NCBI GenBank assembly: GCA_963702005.1
Contig: OY969696.1
Location: forward strand, 1,024,001-1,088,000
Reading direction: 5' to 3'
From: Candidatus Aminicenantes bacterium
Lineage (GTDB): Bacteria; Acidobacteriota; Aminicenantia; Aminicenantales; JAFGBC01
DNA: 64,000 bases
Shown here: in pieces, positions 1-8,740 of the stretch
How positions within the stretch are numbered: the stretch's first letter is position 1
Layout: every line of letters begins with the position of its first letter
Position numbers and translations under genes: made by a program
Notes under the pieces: generated by a model
What the model saw: the letters and a program-made list of their open reading frames with translations, nothing else
The model's database searches: none
Told to the model about the DNA's origin: nothing

Positions 1-1
1 G

Positions 2-784
2 GCCTACCGCCTCGGCATCCTTAACGTCACTCAGGACCTCTGGAATCGGGGCGAAGTCGAGGTCGTTATCGAAGGCTCGGCGGCCAAGGGGAAGCCCGTC
101 AAGACGTTCAGCCAGAGGTTGGCCGACCTGCCCTTCCACCCGACGCTCAACGTCATCGGAGCCCTGCCGGCCCGGGATTTCGCGCCCGATTATTACGAGA
201 TGAAGTTCAGCCTGAAGGACGGCGGGGGGGCGGTCCTGGACACGGCCTCCCTGCCTTTCATCATCTCGAGCGAGATCGCGATTCCCCATCCGGTCACGTT
301 AAGCCGCTCCCTGCCGGCTGCCAACAACTTCTTGTATTTCTACGGGCTGGCCATCCAGTACGATAAGATCGGCGACCCGGCTCGGGCCGAAGCGGCCTAC
401 CGGAAGGCCCTCGAGCTGAAGCCGGATTATCCGGAGGGCCTGTCCGACTTCGCCGATTTCCTGTTCCGGTCCAATAAATTCGACGAGGCCCTTCGGGTCG
501 TCGAGCCGCTCAAGGACAACGACAAGTTCCGCTTCAATTATTTTCTGATCCGAGGCCGGGCCCTGCTGGAGAAGGGGGAATTCGGATCCGCCATCCAGAG
601 CCTTCTCGACGGCAACAGAATCTACAACAGCGACACCCGGCTCCTCAATGCCCTGGGGTATTGCTACTACAAGACGGGCCGCAAGAAAGAAGCCTTGGAC
701 GTCCTGGGCGCCTCGCTCCGCCTCAACCCCGAACAGGCGGACGTCAAGGCGCTCATCGGCACGATCGAAAAAGAGCTGAAGTAG
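2..784 (+). CDS. C-terminal part of a TPR-containing protein, probably a GWxTD-domain protein (5'-partial)
   Basis: Frame is open from base 2. Ig-like segment (DFAPDYYEMKFSLKD) is followed by TPRs (AEAAYRKALELKPDY, LNALGYCYYKTG). The Ig-like part resembles the C-terminus of the GWxTD ORF at 15357-16937. Confidence 0.7.
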   Translation, partial: AYRLGILNVTQDLWNRGEVEVVIEGSAAKGKPVKTFSQRLADLPFHPTLNVIGALPARDFAPDYYEMKFSLKDGGGAVLDTASLPFIISSEIAIPHPVTLSRSLPAANNFLYFYGLAIQYDKIGDPARAEAAYRKALELKPDYPEGLSDFADFLFRSNKFDEALRVVEPLKDNDKFRFNYFLIRGRALLEKGEFGSAIQSLLDGNRIYNSDTRLLNALGYCYYKTGRKKEALDVLGASLRLNPEQADVKALIGTIEKELK

Positions 785-817
785 CCGGGAATCCCGGCGG
801 CCTTGACATCGTGGCTT

Positions 818-1438
818 TCAAAAACCACGGCTTTTAGTTGTTATTTTTTTAAAAAACCTTTTAGGGATAAATCTCGGGACTTGACGGCAGTATTCTTCAT
901 ACTCTTTCCCGAAGCGCTGATGAAGTTCCCGTTCCTCTAAAATCACCACAATAAAAAAAAGAGGTATTGAAAGAACAAACATCAAGTAGGCGGCCGGATA
1001 ATTGGCAAGCAGAGTATAGCCCAGGGTGAACAGGCTGGCTTCTACATAGCGGGGGTGCCGGATCCATGCATAGGGGCCGCCGGAGAGCAATTCCCCCGGG
1101 TATTTTTTTTGGGAAAGTTCGGGATTGCCGGCGAGTAAACCAAAAGTCAGGTATTGGCGGCGTTTTTTACTAATGTAAATGGCCGCTCCCATACAAACCA
1201 GCCCTAAGCTAATCGGAATAATATTTGTTCCGAGATCTTTTGCCAAAATTGATTTCCGGTATAGATATATTCCTCCCATCCAGACTAGCGAGGGGATGCT
1301 GAGTATGCCATAGGTCAAGGCAATACCCAAACGGCGCCAAAAAGAGGCCAGGGGATGAATAAATATCCATAAAAACAAGGCCACCGGATAGCTCATTAAA
1401 ACCATCATGGCTATGACATATCTGATTGTATTGATCAT
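818..1438 (-). CDS. Isoprenylcysteine carboxyl methyltransferase / phospholipid methyltransferase (ICMT/PEMT) family membrane protein
   Basis: Several TM segments; motifs GPYAWIRHPRY and EERELHQRFGKEYEEYCRQVPRFIP. Visibly AT-rich compared with flanks. Confidence 0.85.
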   Translation of the reverse strand: MINTIRYVIAMMVLMSYPVALFLWIFIHPLASFWRRLGIALTYGILSIPSLVWMGGIYLYRKSILAKDLGTNIIPISLGLVCMGAAIYISKKRRQYLTFGLLAGNPELSQKKYPGELLSGGPYAWIRHPRYVEASLFTLGYTLLANYPAAYLMFVLSIPLFFIVVILEERELHQRFGKEYEEYCRQVPRFIPKRFFKKITTKSRGF

Positions 1439-1473
1439 TTTATCTCCAAAGGATAAATTATATTAAATTATAA

Positions 1474-1537
1474 GGTTCAGGTCTTGCATTACGATTTATT
1501 TGCAATTATAAAAAGCATGATAGCAAGACCAGCCCCC
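1474..1537. repeat. Degenerate REP-like palindrome (GGTCTTGC...GCAAGACC arms, AT-rich loop)
   Basis: Arms ggtcttgc (1480-1487) and gcaagacc (1523-1530), extended imperfectly by ggttca / agcccc. Confidence 0.5.
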
Positions 1538-1778
1538 ATTTGCCACGATGATATTCCGTTGGCGGCCTCATCAACATCACCTTGACGGATGCCGAGACGG
1601 GCGAAATGGGAGAGGGGGCCCTCTTTTTCAGAGAGCTTGGGGACGGTCGTTTAGTTTTTTAGAATTTTCTGAAGCCTGGTGAGGACTAAGACCAAGCCGG
1701 AGGCCGAGCGGGAGGGCAAGTACATGTTCCGGCCGGTCCGGGAGCTTTCGGCCCATTCCTACAAGGAGGATATCGAAC

Positions 1779-3083
1779 ATGCTGACACCAAGATCCGCCA
1801 CAAGATTGATTCTTCTCCTGACCATGATCCTTTGCTCGGGTCCACTCACAGCGGCGACTTACTACCTTTCTCCGGCCGGATCCGACTCAAACCCCGGCAC
1901 AGCGGTTAGCCCCTGGCGCACATTCCAGAAGGCGGCGTCAGCGGTCCGCGCCGGCGACACAGTGATTGTCCGCGATGGGACGTACACGGGCGGGGTGTCG
2001 ATCGAAACCCCGGGAACGGGCAGCAAGCCGATCGTGTTCAAGGCCGAGGGAAGTCATGCCGTCATTCAGGGGAGCGGCGGCGAGCGGGATGCCTTATATG
2101 TCGATGGATACTCCCTCGGGGACCCGTGGTGGAAGGGCGCGGACATGTACATTACGATCGAGGGGCTTACCATCCGGAACGCCACCCGGGGCGGCATTCG
2201 CATCTCTTGTGCGCACCACGTGACCGTGCGCAACTGCATTCTCACGCGGAACGGCACCTGGGGCATTTTCACCGATTACTCGAATTACTCACTCCTCCAG
2301 GACAATGAGTGCAGCTACTCCGGCGACGAGCACGGAATCTACGTGAGCAACAGCAGCGACTTCCCGATCATCCGCGGAAACCGCGTCCACCACAACTCAT
2401 CATCGGGGATCCAGATCAACGCGGATCCAGCGATGGAGGATGGCGACGGAATCACGACCGGCGCGGTGATCGAGCGGAACATCGTCTATGAAAACGGCCG
2501 CCGCGGCGGCTCGGCCATCAACCTGGCATCCGTCCGGAGCTCGTTCGTGCAGAACAACCTCCTCTACGACAATTATGCCGGCGGGATCGCCTGCTGGGCA
2601 GATGGCAACGGGCCGGCGTGGGGGTGTAAGAACAACCGGATCTATAACAACACGGTGTTCTTCAGGAGTACCCGGGGCCGCTGGACGATTTCCCTCAAGG
2701 AAGGCAGCAGCGGCAATCAGATCCGCAACAACATCCTCTGTGGCGGCCGTGACGGAGTTCTCGAGTTCGACGACTCGCAGTCGACCAAGGGCCTCAAGAT
2801 GGATTACAACCTCTTCTACCGGGCCGGGTCGAACCTTGTTGTCACATGGGAGGATGAGGCCGATTACACGCTCGACGAGTGGCAAGTCCAGTATCATCAG
2901 GACGCGCATTCGATTTCAGCGGCGCCCGCTTCCGTCTTCGTGAACATGGGCAAGGCCAACTTCCACCTCAAGAGCGGTTCCCCATGTATCAACGCCGGTG
3001 ACCCGGCCAAGAAGTTCAACGATCCGGACGGCACGCGTAACGACATGGGAGCGTACGGCGGACCCAAGGCTCTGGCGCGATGA
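1779..3083 (+). CDS. Secreted right-handed parallel beta-helix protein (pectate lyase-like, DUF1565-type N-terminus)
   Basis: Signal peptide, ATYYLSPAGSDSNPGT..PWRT, Asn-ladder repeats, C-terminal FHLKSGSPCINAG..DMGAYGG. RBS aggagg. Confidence 0.85.
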   Translation: MLTPRSATRLILLLTMILCSGPLTAATYYLSPAGSDSNPGTAVSPWRTFQKAASAVRAGDTVIVRDGTYTGGVSIETPGTGSKPIVFKAEGSHAVIQGSGGERDALYVDGYSLGDPWWKGADMYITIEGLTIRNATRGGIRISCAHHVTVRNCILTRNGTWGIFTDYSNYSLLQDNECSYSGDEHGIYVSNSSDFPIIRGNRVHHNSSSGIQINADPAMEDGDGITTGAVIERNIVYENGRRGGSAINLASVRSSFVQNNLLYDNYAGGIACWADGNGPAWGCKNNRIYNNTVFFRSTRGRWTISLKEGSSGNQIRNNILCGGRDGVLEFDDSQSTKGLKMDYNLFYRAGSNLVVTWEDEADYTLDEWQVQYHQDAHSISAAPASVFVNMGKANFHLKSGSPCINAGDPAKKFNDPDGTRNDMGAYGGPKALAR

Positions 3084-3230
3084 TCGCCCGTGCGCGCCTG
3101 CACCGACCGCATGGGTCATCGTGAGGGCGCGCGTTCGACCGCCGAGACCGTGGGTCGGATCAGCGGCCACCTGAAGCTACAGTTCGCGGCGGCGAAGCCG
3201 CCGCTCTTGCGTGTCCTCGAGCAGGTCGCG

Positions 3231-3320
3231 CTCGCGGCGGCCGGTACCGATCGCTTAGTCTAAGAAGCGAATTCTTCAAGGGCGGATTTCCGGTTTTCGG
3301 AAGTCCGCCCTTTTTCTTTT
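3231..3320 (+). repeat. Repeat copy R1: RRM-gene 3' end plus intrinsic terminator
   Basis: cgcggcggccggtaccgatcgcttagtctaagaagcgaattcttcaagggcggatttcc..ggaagtccgccctttttctttt; same sequence recurs at ~4712, ~8601 and ~10654. Confidence 0.85.
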
Positions 3321-3390
3321 TAATGGGGGGGGCAGTCCTTAATGGCTTATGCAGGGAAACGAATGTTGGCATAAGCGCCTATCCACGAGC

Positions 3391-3430
3391 TTGCCCTACA
3401 TTTATCCGCAGTGCTTATTTTGTAGGGTAA
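3391..3430. repeat. Palindromic site TTGCCCTACA-N20-TGTAGGGTAA immediately downstream of the nucleotidyltransferase gene
   Basis: Near-identical arms to the site at 4437-4477; lies 1 bp from the stop codon at 3432-3434. Confidence 0.75.
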
Positions 3431-3431
3431 T

Positions 3432-4427
3432 TTACCGCAATAAGGCCTGCAGCCGTCGGATGACGCCCTGCTCAAGCGGCATGATATCCTCGGCTTTTGC
3501 CAGCGATCGCCTTATCTGGGCCTTCCATTTTCCCCGCAAGCCGCCCCAGAGACCCGACAATCGGGTTGTTTCAGATTTTTCGGCTAATACGTATTTCCCG
3601 GCATAAATCCCCTGCCGGATGTCCTTTTCCCTTTTGTTCCAGCGCTCCGGACGCGCGGCGATGAACAACTTATGCAGAAGGAAGGCTGACGGGCTGGGCA
3701 CCTTAGCACGTATCCCTCTGCCCAATTTCAAGATTATGGGATCGGCAAAGAGGATATCGAGGAACCTCAATTCCTGCGGAGTGAGGGCGATCTCCTTAAT
3801 GTGCCGAGGGGGGAGAGTGCCGTTTTTCCGCTCCCGAGATACGAACTCGACTTTCATTCTGTTCCCCGTGAAAAACATGGAACCGTCCGGGTTGAAATGC
3901 TGGCTGAACCCCAGACGCTGCAAAAACTCGCTGAGGTTAAAGGCTCGACCCTTGAACGGCCGGGGCACCAGAATATCCAGGTCATCTGTTTTCAGCGGGT
4001 ACTTTTCCATCGGCAGGTGCTTTTGATAGAGAAGAAAACACCAGCTGCCGATGATTTCGAATCCGGCATCCCATAATTTCTGCTCGGTCAGGGTACGGAA
4101 GATCTCGAGCAGGGGGTCTGCGAGATCGAGCTCTCCTCCTCGAACCGACCTGAGGAGCCGCAATCCTTCGCGGACACGGGGTAGTTCCCTCTCCAGGCGA
4201 TCCCTTTCAGCCAGGCTGTCGCGCAGCTCGCGAGGCACCTCTTTGCCGATGTAGTCGGTTTTCACCGAGCGGCCCTTTCGATACTGAAGATAGCAATAAA
4301 CTTCGCCGCCGATCTTCTTCGATCGAATGCGGCCCTTGGGCAGCAGAGCCAGCCGCGCGGAAATCTTCCTTTCCTGTTCCCGATAGAAGTCCGCGTTCTC
4401 GCTGAGCGTTTCCTTGAGGTCTTTCAT
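3432..4427 (-). CDS. Nucleotidyltransferase-fold protein (GSU2403-like) with basic N-terminal domain
   Basis: IIGSW...KTDDLDIL (G-S/DxD NTase motif), AFLLHKLFIA..R....KREKD. N-terminal KGRIRSKKIGGEVYCYLQYRKG segment followed by a coiled coil. Confidence 0.75.
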   Translation of the reverse strand: MKDLKETLSENADFYREQERKISARLALLPKGRIRSKKIGGEVYCYLQYRKGRSVKTDYIGKEVPRELRDSLAERDRLERELPRVREGLRLLRSVRGGELDLADPLLEIFRTLTEQKLWDAGFEIIGSWCFLLYQKHLPMEKYPLKTDDLDILVPRPFKGRAFNLSEFLQRLGFSQHFNPDGSMFFTGNRMKVEFVSRERKNGTLPPRHIKEIALTPQELRFLDILFADPIILKLGRGIRAKVPSPSAFLLHKLFIAARPERWNKREKDIRQGIYAGKYVLAEKSETTRLSGLWGGLRGKWKAQIRRSLAKAEDIMPLEQGVIRRLQALLR

Positions 4428-4433
4428 GAGGGC

Positions 4434-4477
4434 ATCTTACCCTACATTTATGATGTTGTCAATAATATGTAGGGTAA
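4434..4477 (-). promoter_or_regulatory. Sigma70 promoter (TTGACA-17-TAAGAT), probably leaderless, overlapped by palindrome TTACCCTACA-N21-TGTAGGGTAA
   Basis: On the minus strand, -35 at 4462-4457 and -10 at 4439-4434; the ATG at 4427 is 6 nt after the -10 with no SD. Inverted repeat spans 4437-4477. Confidence 0.7.
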
Positions 4478-4519
4478 TGGGTAATCCTTTCATGCGGATG
4501 GCCGAGAAGGGAGGTGAGT

Positions 4520-4732
4520 ATGAATATCGGGTGATCATAAGCGGGGAGGCGGTGCTCTCAAGGTCGCCTCCGCGCTCAACGGCAAGGACCTCAAAGGCCG
4601 GAACCTGAAGGTCAACGAGGCCCAGGCCCGGACCTACCGGCCCCGCACGGCCGCTTCGGCCTGTACTCATGAGCCCGTGCTAACGGCTCCATGAGTGCGG
4701 GCGGGTTCGGCGGCCGCAGCGGCCGGTACCGA
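4520..4732 (+). pseudogene. Internally deleted RRM (RNP-1) RNA-binding protein gene
   Basis: RBS ggaggtg plus ATG AAT ATC (MNI start typical of bacterial RRM proteins). From 4572 the frame reads ALNGKDLKGRNLKVNEAQARTYRPR; after a hairpin insertion it reads GGFGGRSGRY. Stop appears as CGA here and TGA in copy R3. Confidence 0.75.
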
Positions 4733-4744
4733 TCGCTTAGTCAA

Positions 4745-5065
4745 CCCCTCGACACCCATACTAAGCCGAGAACGGCTTAGTATGAGTGCTGCAAGGCTAC
4801 TCCCCGGCCGAAGCTCCACGGCCTAATGCTCGTTGGAGCGCCAGTACTCATGAACCGTTTCCGGTTCGTGAGTGTATGAATGCCGGGGCTTGTTCGGGGC
4901 TGAAGCTCCACAGACTTTCACGTGGAGCTTCTGCCCTGAGCCCACTCAGCTCCATTCCTTCTAAAAGGGCTGAGTGCAAAAGTGTCGCTTCTCGTCCCCG
5001 CCTTGAAAGGCGGGGCTCCGATTTTAAGCCCCGCCTATCAGGGCGGGGTAGCGTCGGCGAACGGG
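4745..5065. mobile_element. Non-autonomous nested multi-hairpin insertion flanked by TCAA direct repeats, splitting repeat copy R2
   Basis: Removing 4745-5065 and one TCAA restores gcttagtcaagaagcgaa, as in R1 and R3. Contains at least six hairpins and no credible ORF. Confidence 0.7.
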
Positions 5066-5126
5066 TCAAGAAGCGAATTTACCAAGAGCGGATTTCCCGG
5101 GATGGGAAGTCCGCCCTTTATTTTTT
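5066..5126 (+). terminator. Distal half of repeat copy R2 (terminator hairpin)
   Basis: tcaagaagcgaatttaccaagagcggatttcccgggatgggaagtccgccctttatttttt. Confidence 0.75.
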
Positions 5127-5423
5127 AAACGTCGATATCCGGTCACTCTCCGGCTGGGGGCGAAACCCGGCAGCGGGAAGGTTCATGATGAATCGGTTCA
5201 GGGTTTGCCCGTAAGGGCTGTCGATGCTTTTTCGTCTTGACAGTCTCATTCGTCATAAATTACTATAATAATCAGGGGATAAGGGAAGAATCAAAGCGAT
5301 GCGGCGGTTTCCGTCGTCGGAAAAAAAAGTTATTTTCGTTTCCCCTTGGGGAGCGCCCGACAGGGCTTTCTAAACTTCGCGCAGCTTAAGGGGCGGCCAT
5401 CCCCTTGAGTGAAGGAGGGTATT

Positions 5424-5720
5424 ATGAAATTGGCTCTTCTGATCCTTTTTTGGGGTTTCTCCGGCTGGCTTGTCTGTTTTATTCTTAAGACGGATCCTCC
5501 CTGTCCCAAACTCCGGATCTGTTTTCTCCACTTCGTTACGGGGGTGGGCGGAGGCCTGCTGTATTATTATGCGTTTGCGCTGAAAGAGAGCTTCACGGGC
5601 ATCGACTTTCTCGCCTCCTCCTATGCGGCTTTTATTGCCTCCCTTTTCTTGGCCACTTTCGTGTGGTGCCCGAAGTTGATCGCACGCGGGAAACCCGAGA
5701 TCGATCAAAAAAGGAAATAA
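5424..5720 (+). CDS. Small three-TM membrane protein of unknown function
   Basis: RBS aaggaggg before ATG 5424, three hydrophobic segments, upstream TTGACA (5238) promoter-like element. Confidence 0.65.
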   Translation: MKLALLILFWGFSGWLVCFILKTDPPCPKLRICFLHFVTGVGGGLLYYYAFALKESFTGIDFLASSYAAFIASLFLATFVWCPKLIARGKPEIDQKRK

Positions 5721-5784
5721 AAAAAAGGCCGATTCAGAAGACGTCCCCGGCTTTTAGGGTGAGGTCTGAGAACCGGCGGTCTCA

Positions 5785-8496
5785 ATGAGTCTCGTCGGAA
5801 AAACGATCGGCCGTATCCGGATCCTGGATATCCTCGGCCAAGGCGGGATGGGAGAGGTTTATGTCGCCTTCGACGAAGTCCTCAAAAGGAAAGTGGCCGT
5901 CAAGGCGATTGGCGCGGGGATTCGGCTCGACCCGCGGGCCAAGGCGCGTTTCCTGAGAGAAGCCCGCGCCCTCTCGCAGCTCGAGGATCCTCACATCTGC
6001 CGGATCCACGATTATATCGACGGCGTCGAGAACGATTTTCTCATCCTTGAGTTCATCGAGGGGAAGACGCTCGCTCGAGCCATGCGGGAAGGGCTGACAA
6101 AGTCCCAGAAGGTCAGAATCGCCGAGCAGATCGCTCAGGTTCTCGCCCTCGCTCACGGGAAGGGCGTCGTTCATCGCGATCTCAAGCCCGCCAACATCAT
6201 GCTTGTCCAAGGCGATCAGGTCAAGGTCCTCGATTTCGGTCTGGCCAGCTTCGTCAAATCGCAGGCGCAGACGCCGGGGCCGTTGATGGAGGAGGGCGTT
6301 TATAAAGCGAGGCCGGGCGATCTTGAGGAGGAAAAGCTTGGGGACTTGACGCTTACCCTTTCCTCATCTCCCGCCGCAGCCGAGATAGCCCCATCCGTTT
6401 CCGGGCTTTCCCCGGCCTCCTTCGAGACCGGGCACGGGATGATTATGGGCACCCTCCTCTATATGAGCCCGGAGCAGGCGCGCGGAGAGGACGTCGGCCC
6501 GTCGAGCGATATGTACTCTTTCGGCCTCCTCCTCCAGGAACTCTTCACCGGGCGGCCGCCCTATGAACAGACGTTGGACGAGGCCTTGCTTCTGGGCAGG
6601 GTCGCCAAGGCGGAGACAAACCCTGTCTCCGGCCTGAGCGGAGACCTGACGAAACTTATCAACCAGCTCAAATCGCTGGCCCCGGCCGCCCGGCCGACGG
6701 CCCTGGAAGCCGCCGATCGTCTCGAGGAAATCCGGGAAAAGCCGGCCCGCAGGATTCGCGCCGTCGTTATCGCCGCCATCCTGATCACCTTCCTGGCGAT
6801 GGGATTGAAGTATGTCCTGGACCTGCGGCGCGAGCGAAGCCTCGCCCTTCAGGCCCGTGATGAGGCGACAAGCGTCGTCGAATTCCTGGTGAACCTCTTC
6901 CAAGTCTCGGATCCCGGCGAAGCCCGGGGGAATACGATTACCGCGCGAGAAATCCTCAGCAAGGGCGCCCAGGAAATCAGCCAGGGCCTCGAACGGCAGC
7001 CCCTAACCCGGGCCAGGTTGATGGAGACGATCGGAAGCGTCTACCAAAAACTGGGACTTTACCGAGATGCCGAGCCTCTCCTCGGCAGAGCCCTTCAAAT
7101 CCGCCAGCAGCTTCTCGGCCCGAAAGATCCGCTGGTTGCGGAGAGCCTCAACAGCCTGGCCGGGCTTTATGAACTCCTGGGCAGACTCCCGGAAGCCGAA
7201 GCCCTTTGCCAGAAGAGCTTGACCATTCGCACGTCGGCCCTGCCTTCCGACCATCCCGCGATAGCCGAGAGCTTGAACCTCCTCGCCCGGATCCATTACC
7301 AAAATGGGAAGTTCAAAGACGCGGATTCCCTTTTTCATCAGGCCCTTGCTATCCGCGAAAAGGCGCTGGGACCGAATCACCCCGCCGTCGCCGAAAGCCT
7401 GACCGACCTGGGGCGCCTGTATTACACGGAGAGCAGGTTTGACGATGCGGAAAAGTGTTATCAAAGAGCCCTCGTCATCAAGGAAACGATTTTGGGGGCG
7501 GACCACCCGGACGTCGGGCAGGGCCTCAATAGCCTGGCCGGGCTCTACCTCTGGCTGCGCCGCTACGCGGACGCTGAACCCCTCTACAAGAGAGCCCTGG
7601 CCATCCGGGAAAAAACCCTGGGCCCCGTCCATCCGGACGTGGCTGTCTGTCTTTTCAACCTCGGCATCCTTTATCACTACCAGAAAAAATGGCCCGAGGC
7701 GGAAAAATTCTACCGGCAGGCTCTTGATATTCAGAAAAAAGCCCTCGGGGAATTCCACCCCGATGTGGCCGACACCTATGAGGCTCTGGCTCAGGTTTTC
7801 CATGAGTCGGGAAAATACAAGGATGCCGAGCCTTTCTATCAGCACGCTCTGGCCATCAATGAAAAGACCGCGGGCCAGGATCACCCCCAGCTGAGTCATT
7901 GCCTGAACAACCTCGGGATCCTCTACACCGACTTGGGCAAATTCTCAGAAGCGGAGTCCGTGCTCTTGAGGTCCCTGAGAATTCAAGAAAAGGCCTGGGG
8001 GATCGAGAATTCGCGGCTAGCCAGGACCCTGGAACATCTGGGCGATCTCTACAGCAAGAGCCGAAAGCCGGATGCCGCGACGGCCGCTTACGGTCGTGCT
8101 CTTGCCGTCGTGGAGAAAGAATACGGCCCAGAACATTCGGAATTGGCGGCCCCCCTGATCGGCCTCGGCTCCGCCTTGGCAGAGCAGGGGCGCTTGGAAG
8201 AAGCGGAAAAAAACCTGCTTCGGGCGCTGGCCATAGGAGAAAAGAACGCCGACCTCGACAGGGAGGTCTTCGCCGATGGTCTCTTCGTGTTGGCGAAGTT
8301 CTACCACAGGAAACTCGTTCGCCCCAAGCAAGCCGAACAATTCTACAAGCGGGCATTGGAGGTTCAAGAGAAAGCGACCGGAGCGGGCTCCAAGGAGGTG
8401 AAGAGCATCATCGCTCCGTACGCTGAGCTCCTCCGGAGCCTGGGACGAGCGAAAGAGGCCGAGAAAATCGAAGTCCGGAGGAAAGGAACTCCGTAA
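5785..8496 (+). CDS. Hanks-type Ser/Thr protein kinase - TM - TPR (kinesin-light-chain-like repeats)
   Basis: GQGGMG, VAVK, HRDLKPAN, DFG and YMSPE motifs; one TM helix; about 11 repeats of ~42 aa of the type AESLNxLA..Y...G...AE....RAL.IREK.LGP.HP. Confidence 0.93.
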   Translation: MSLVGKTIGRIRILDILGQGGMGEVYVAFDEVLKRKVAVKAIGAGIRLDPRAKARFLREARALSQLEDPHICRIHDYIDGVENDFLILEFIEGKTLARAMREGLTKSQKVRIAEQIAQVLALAHGKGVVHRDLKPANIMLVQGDQVKVLDFGLASFVKSQAQTPGPLMEEGVYKARPGDLEEEKLGDLTLTLSSSPAAAEIAPSVSGLSPASFETGHGMIMGTLLYMSPEQARGEDVGPSSDMYSFGLLLQELFTGRPPYEQTLDEALLLGRVAKAETNPVSGLSGDLTKLINQLKSLAPAARPTALEAADRLEEIREKPARRIRAVVIAAILITFLAMGLKYVLDLRRERSLALQARDEATSVVEFLVNLFQVSDPGEARGNTITAREILSKGAQEISQGLERQPLTRARLMETIGSVYQKLGLYRDAEPLLGRALQIRQQLLGPKDPLVAESLNSLAGLYELLGRLPEAEALCQKSLTIRTSALPSDHPAIAESLNLLARIHYQNGKFKDADSLFHQALAIREKALGPNHPAVAESLTDLGRLYYTESRFDDAEKCYQRALVIKETILGADHPDVGQGLNSLAGLYLWLRRYADAEPLYKRALAIREKTLGPVHPDVAVCLFNLGILYHYQKKWPEAEKFYRQALDIQKKALGEFHPDVADTYEALAQVFHESGKYKDAEPFYQHALAINEKTAGQDHPQLSHCLNNLGILYTDLGKFSEAESVLLRSLRIQEKAWGIENSRLARTLEHLGDLYSKSRKPDAATAAYGRALAVVEKEYGPEHSELAAPLIGLGSALAEQGRLEEAEKNLLRALAIGEKNADLDREVFADGLFVLAKFYHRKLVRPKQAEQFYKRALEVQEKATGAGSKEVKSIIAPYAELLRSLGRAKEAEKIEVRRKGTP

Positions 8497-8600
8497 TTCC
8501 GGGGCTTCGCTCTTCGCTCTGTGGACATAGCGCGAGGAACCCATTCGGCTTGCGTCCCAGCCCAGCGCCATTCTGTCGCCTTTCTTGACCTCGCGCGGCG

Positions 8601-8678
8601 GGCGCGGCGGCCGGTACTGATCGCTTAGTTAAGAAGCGAATTTTCAAAGGGCGGATTTCCTGGGATGGGAAGTTCGCC
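8601..8678 (+). repeat. Repeat copy R3: RRM-gene 3' end (GGRY-stop intact) plus partly decayed terminator
   Basis: ggcgcggcggccggtactgatcgcttagttaagaagcgaattttcaaagggcggatttcctgggatgggaagttcgcc. Confidence 0.85.
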
Positions 8679-8740
8679 AGGCTGACGAACTTGATATCCT
8701 CCAGGCAATCGAGTTATCCTCTGTTCAAAAGGAGGGATTT

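Noticed and set aside
4786-5214. 142-aa ORF over the hairpin stack
   Set aside because: Runs through palindromes and a terminator; no RBS or domain signature.
5340-5410. Possible c-di-GMP or other known riboswitch before the small membrane protein
   Set aside because: I could not match conserved core nucleotides of any class; only one short hairpin is evident.
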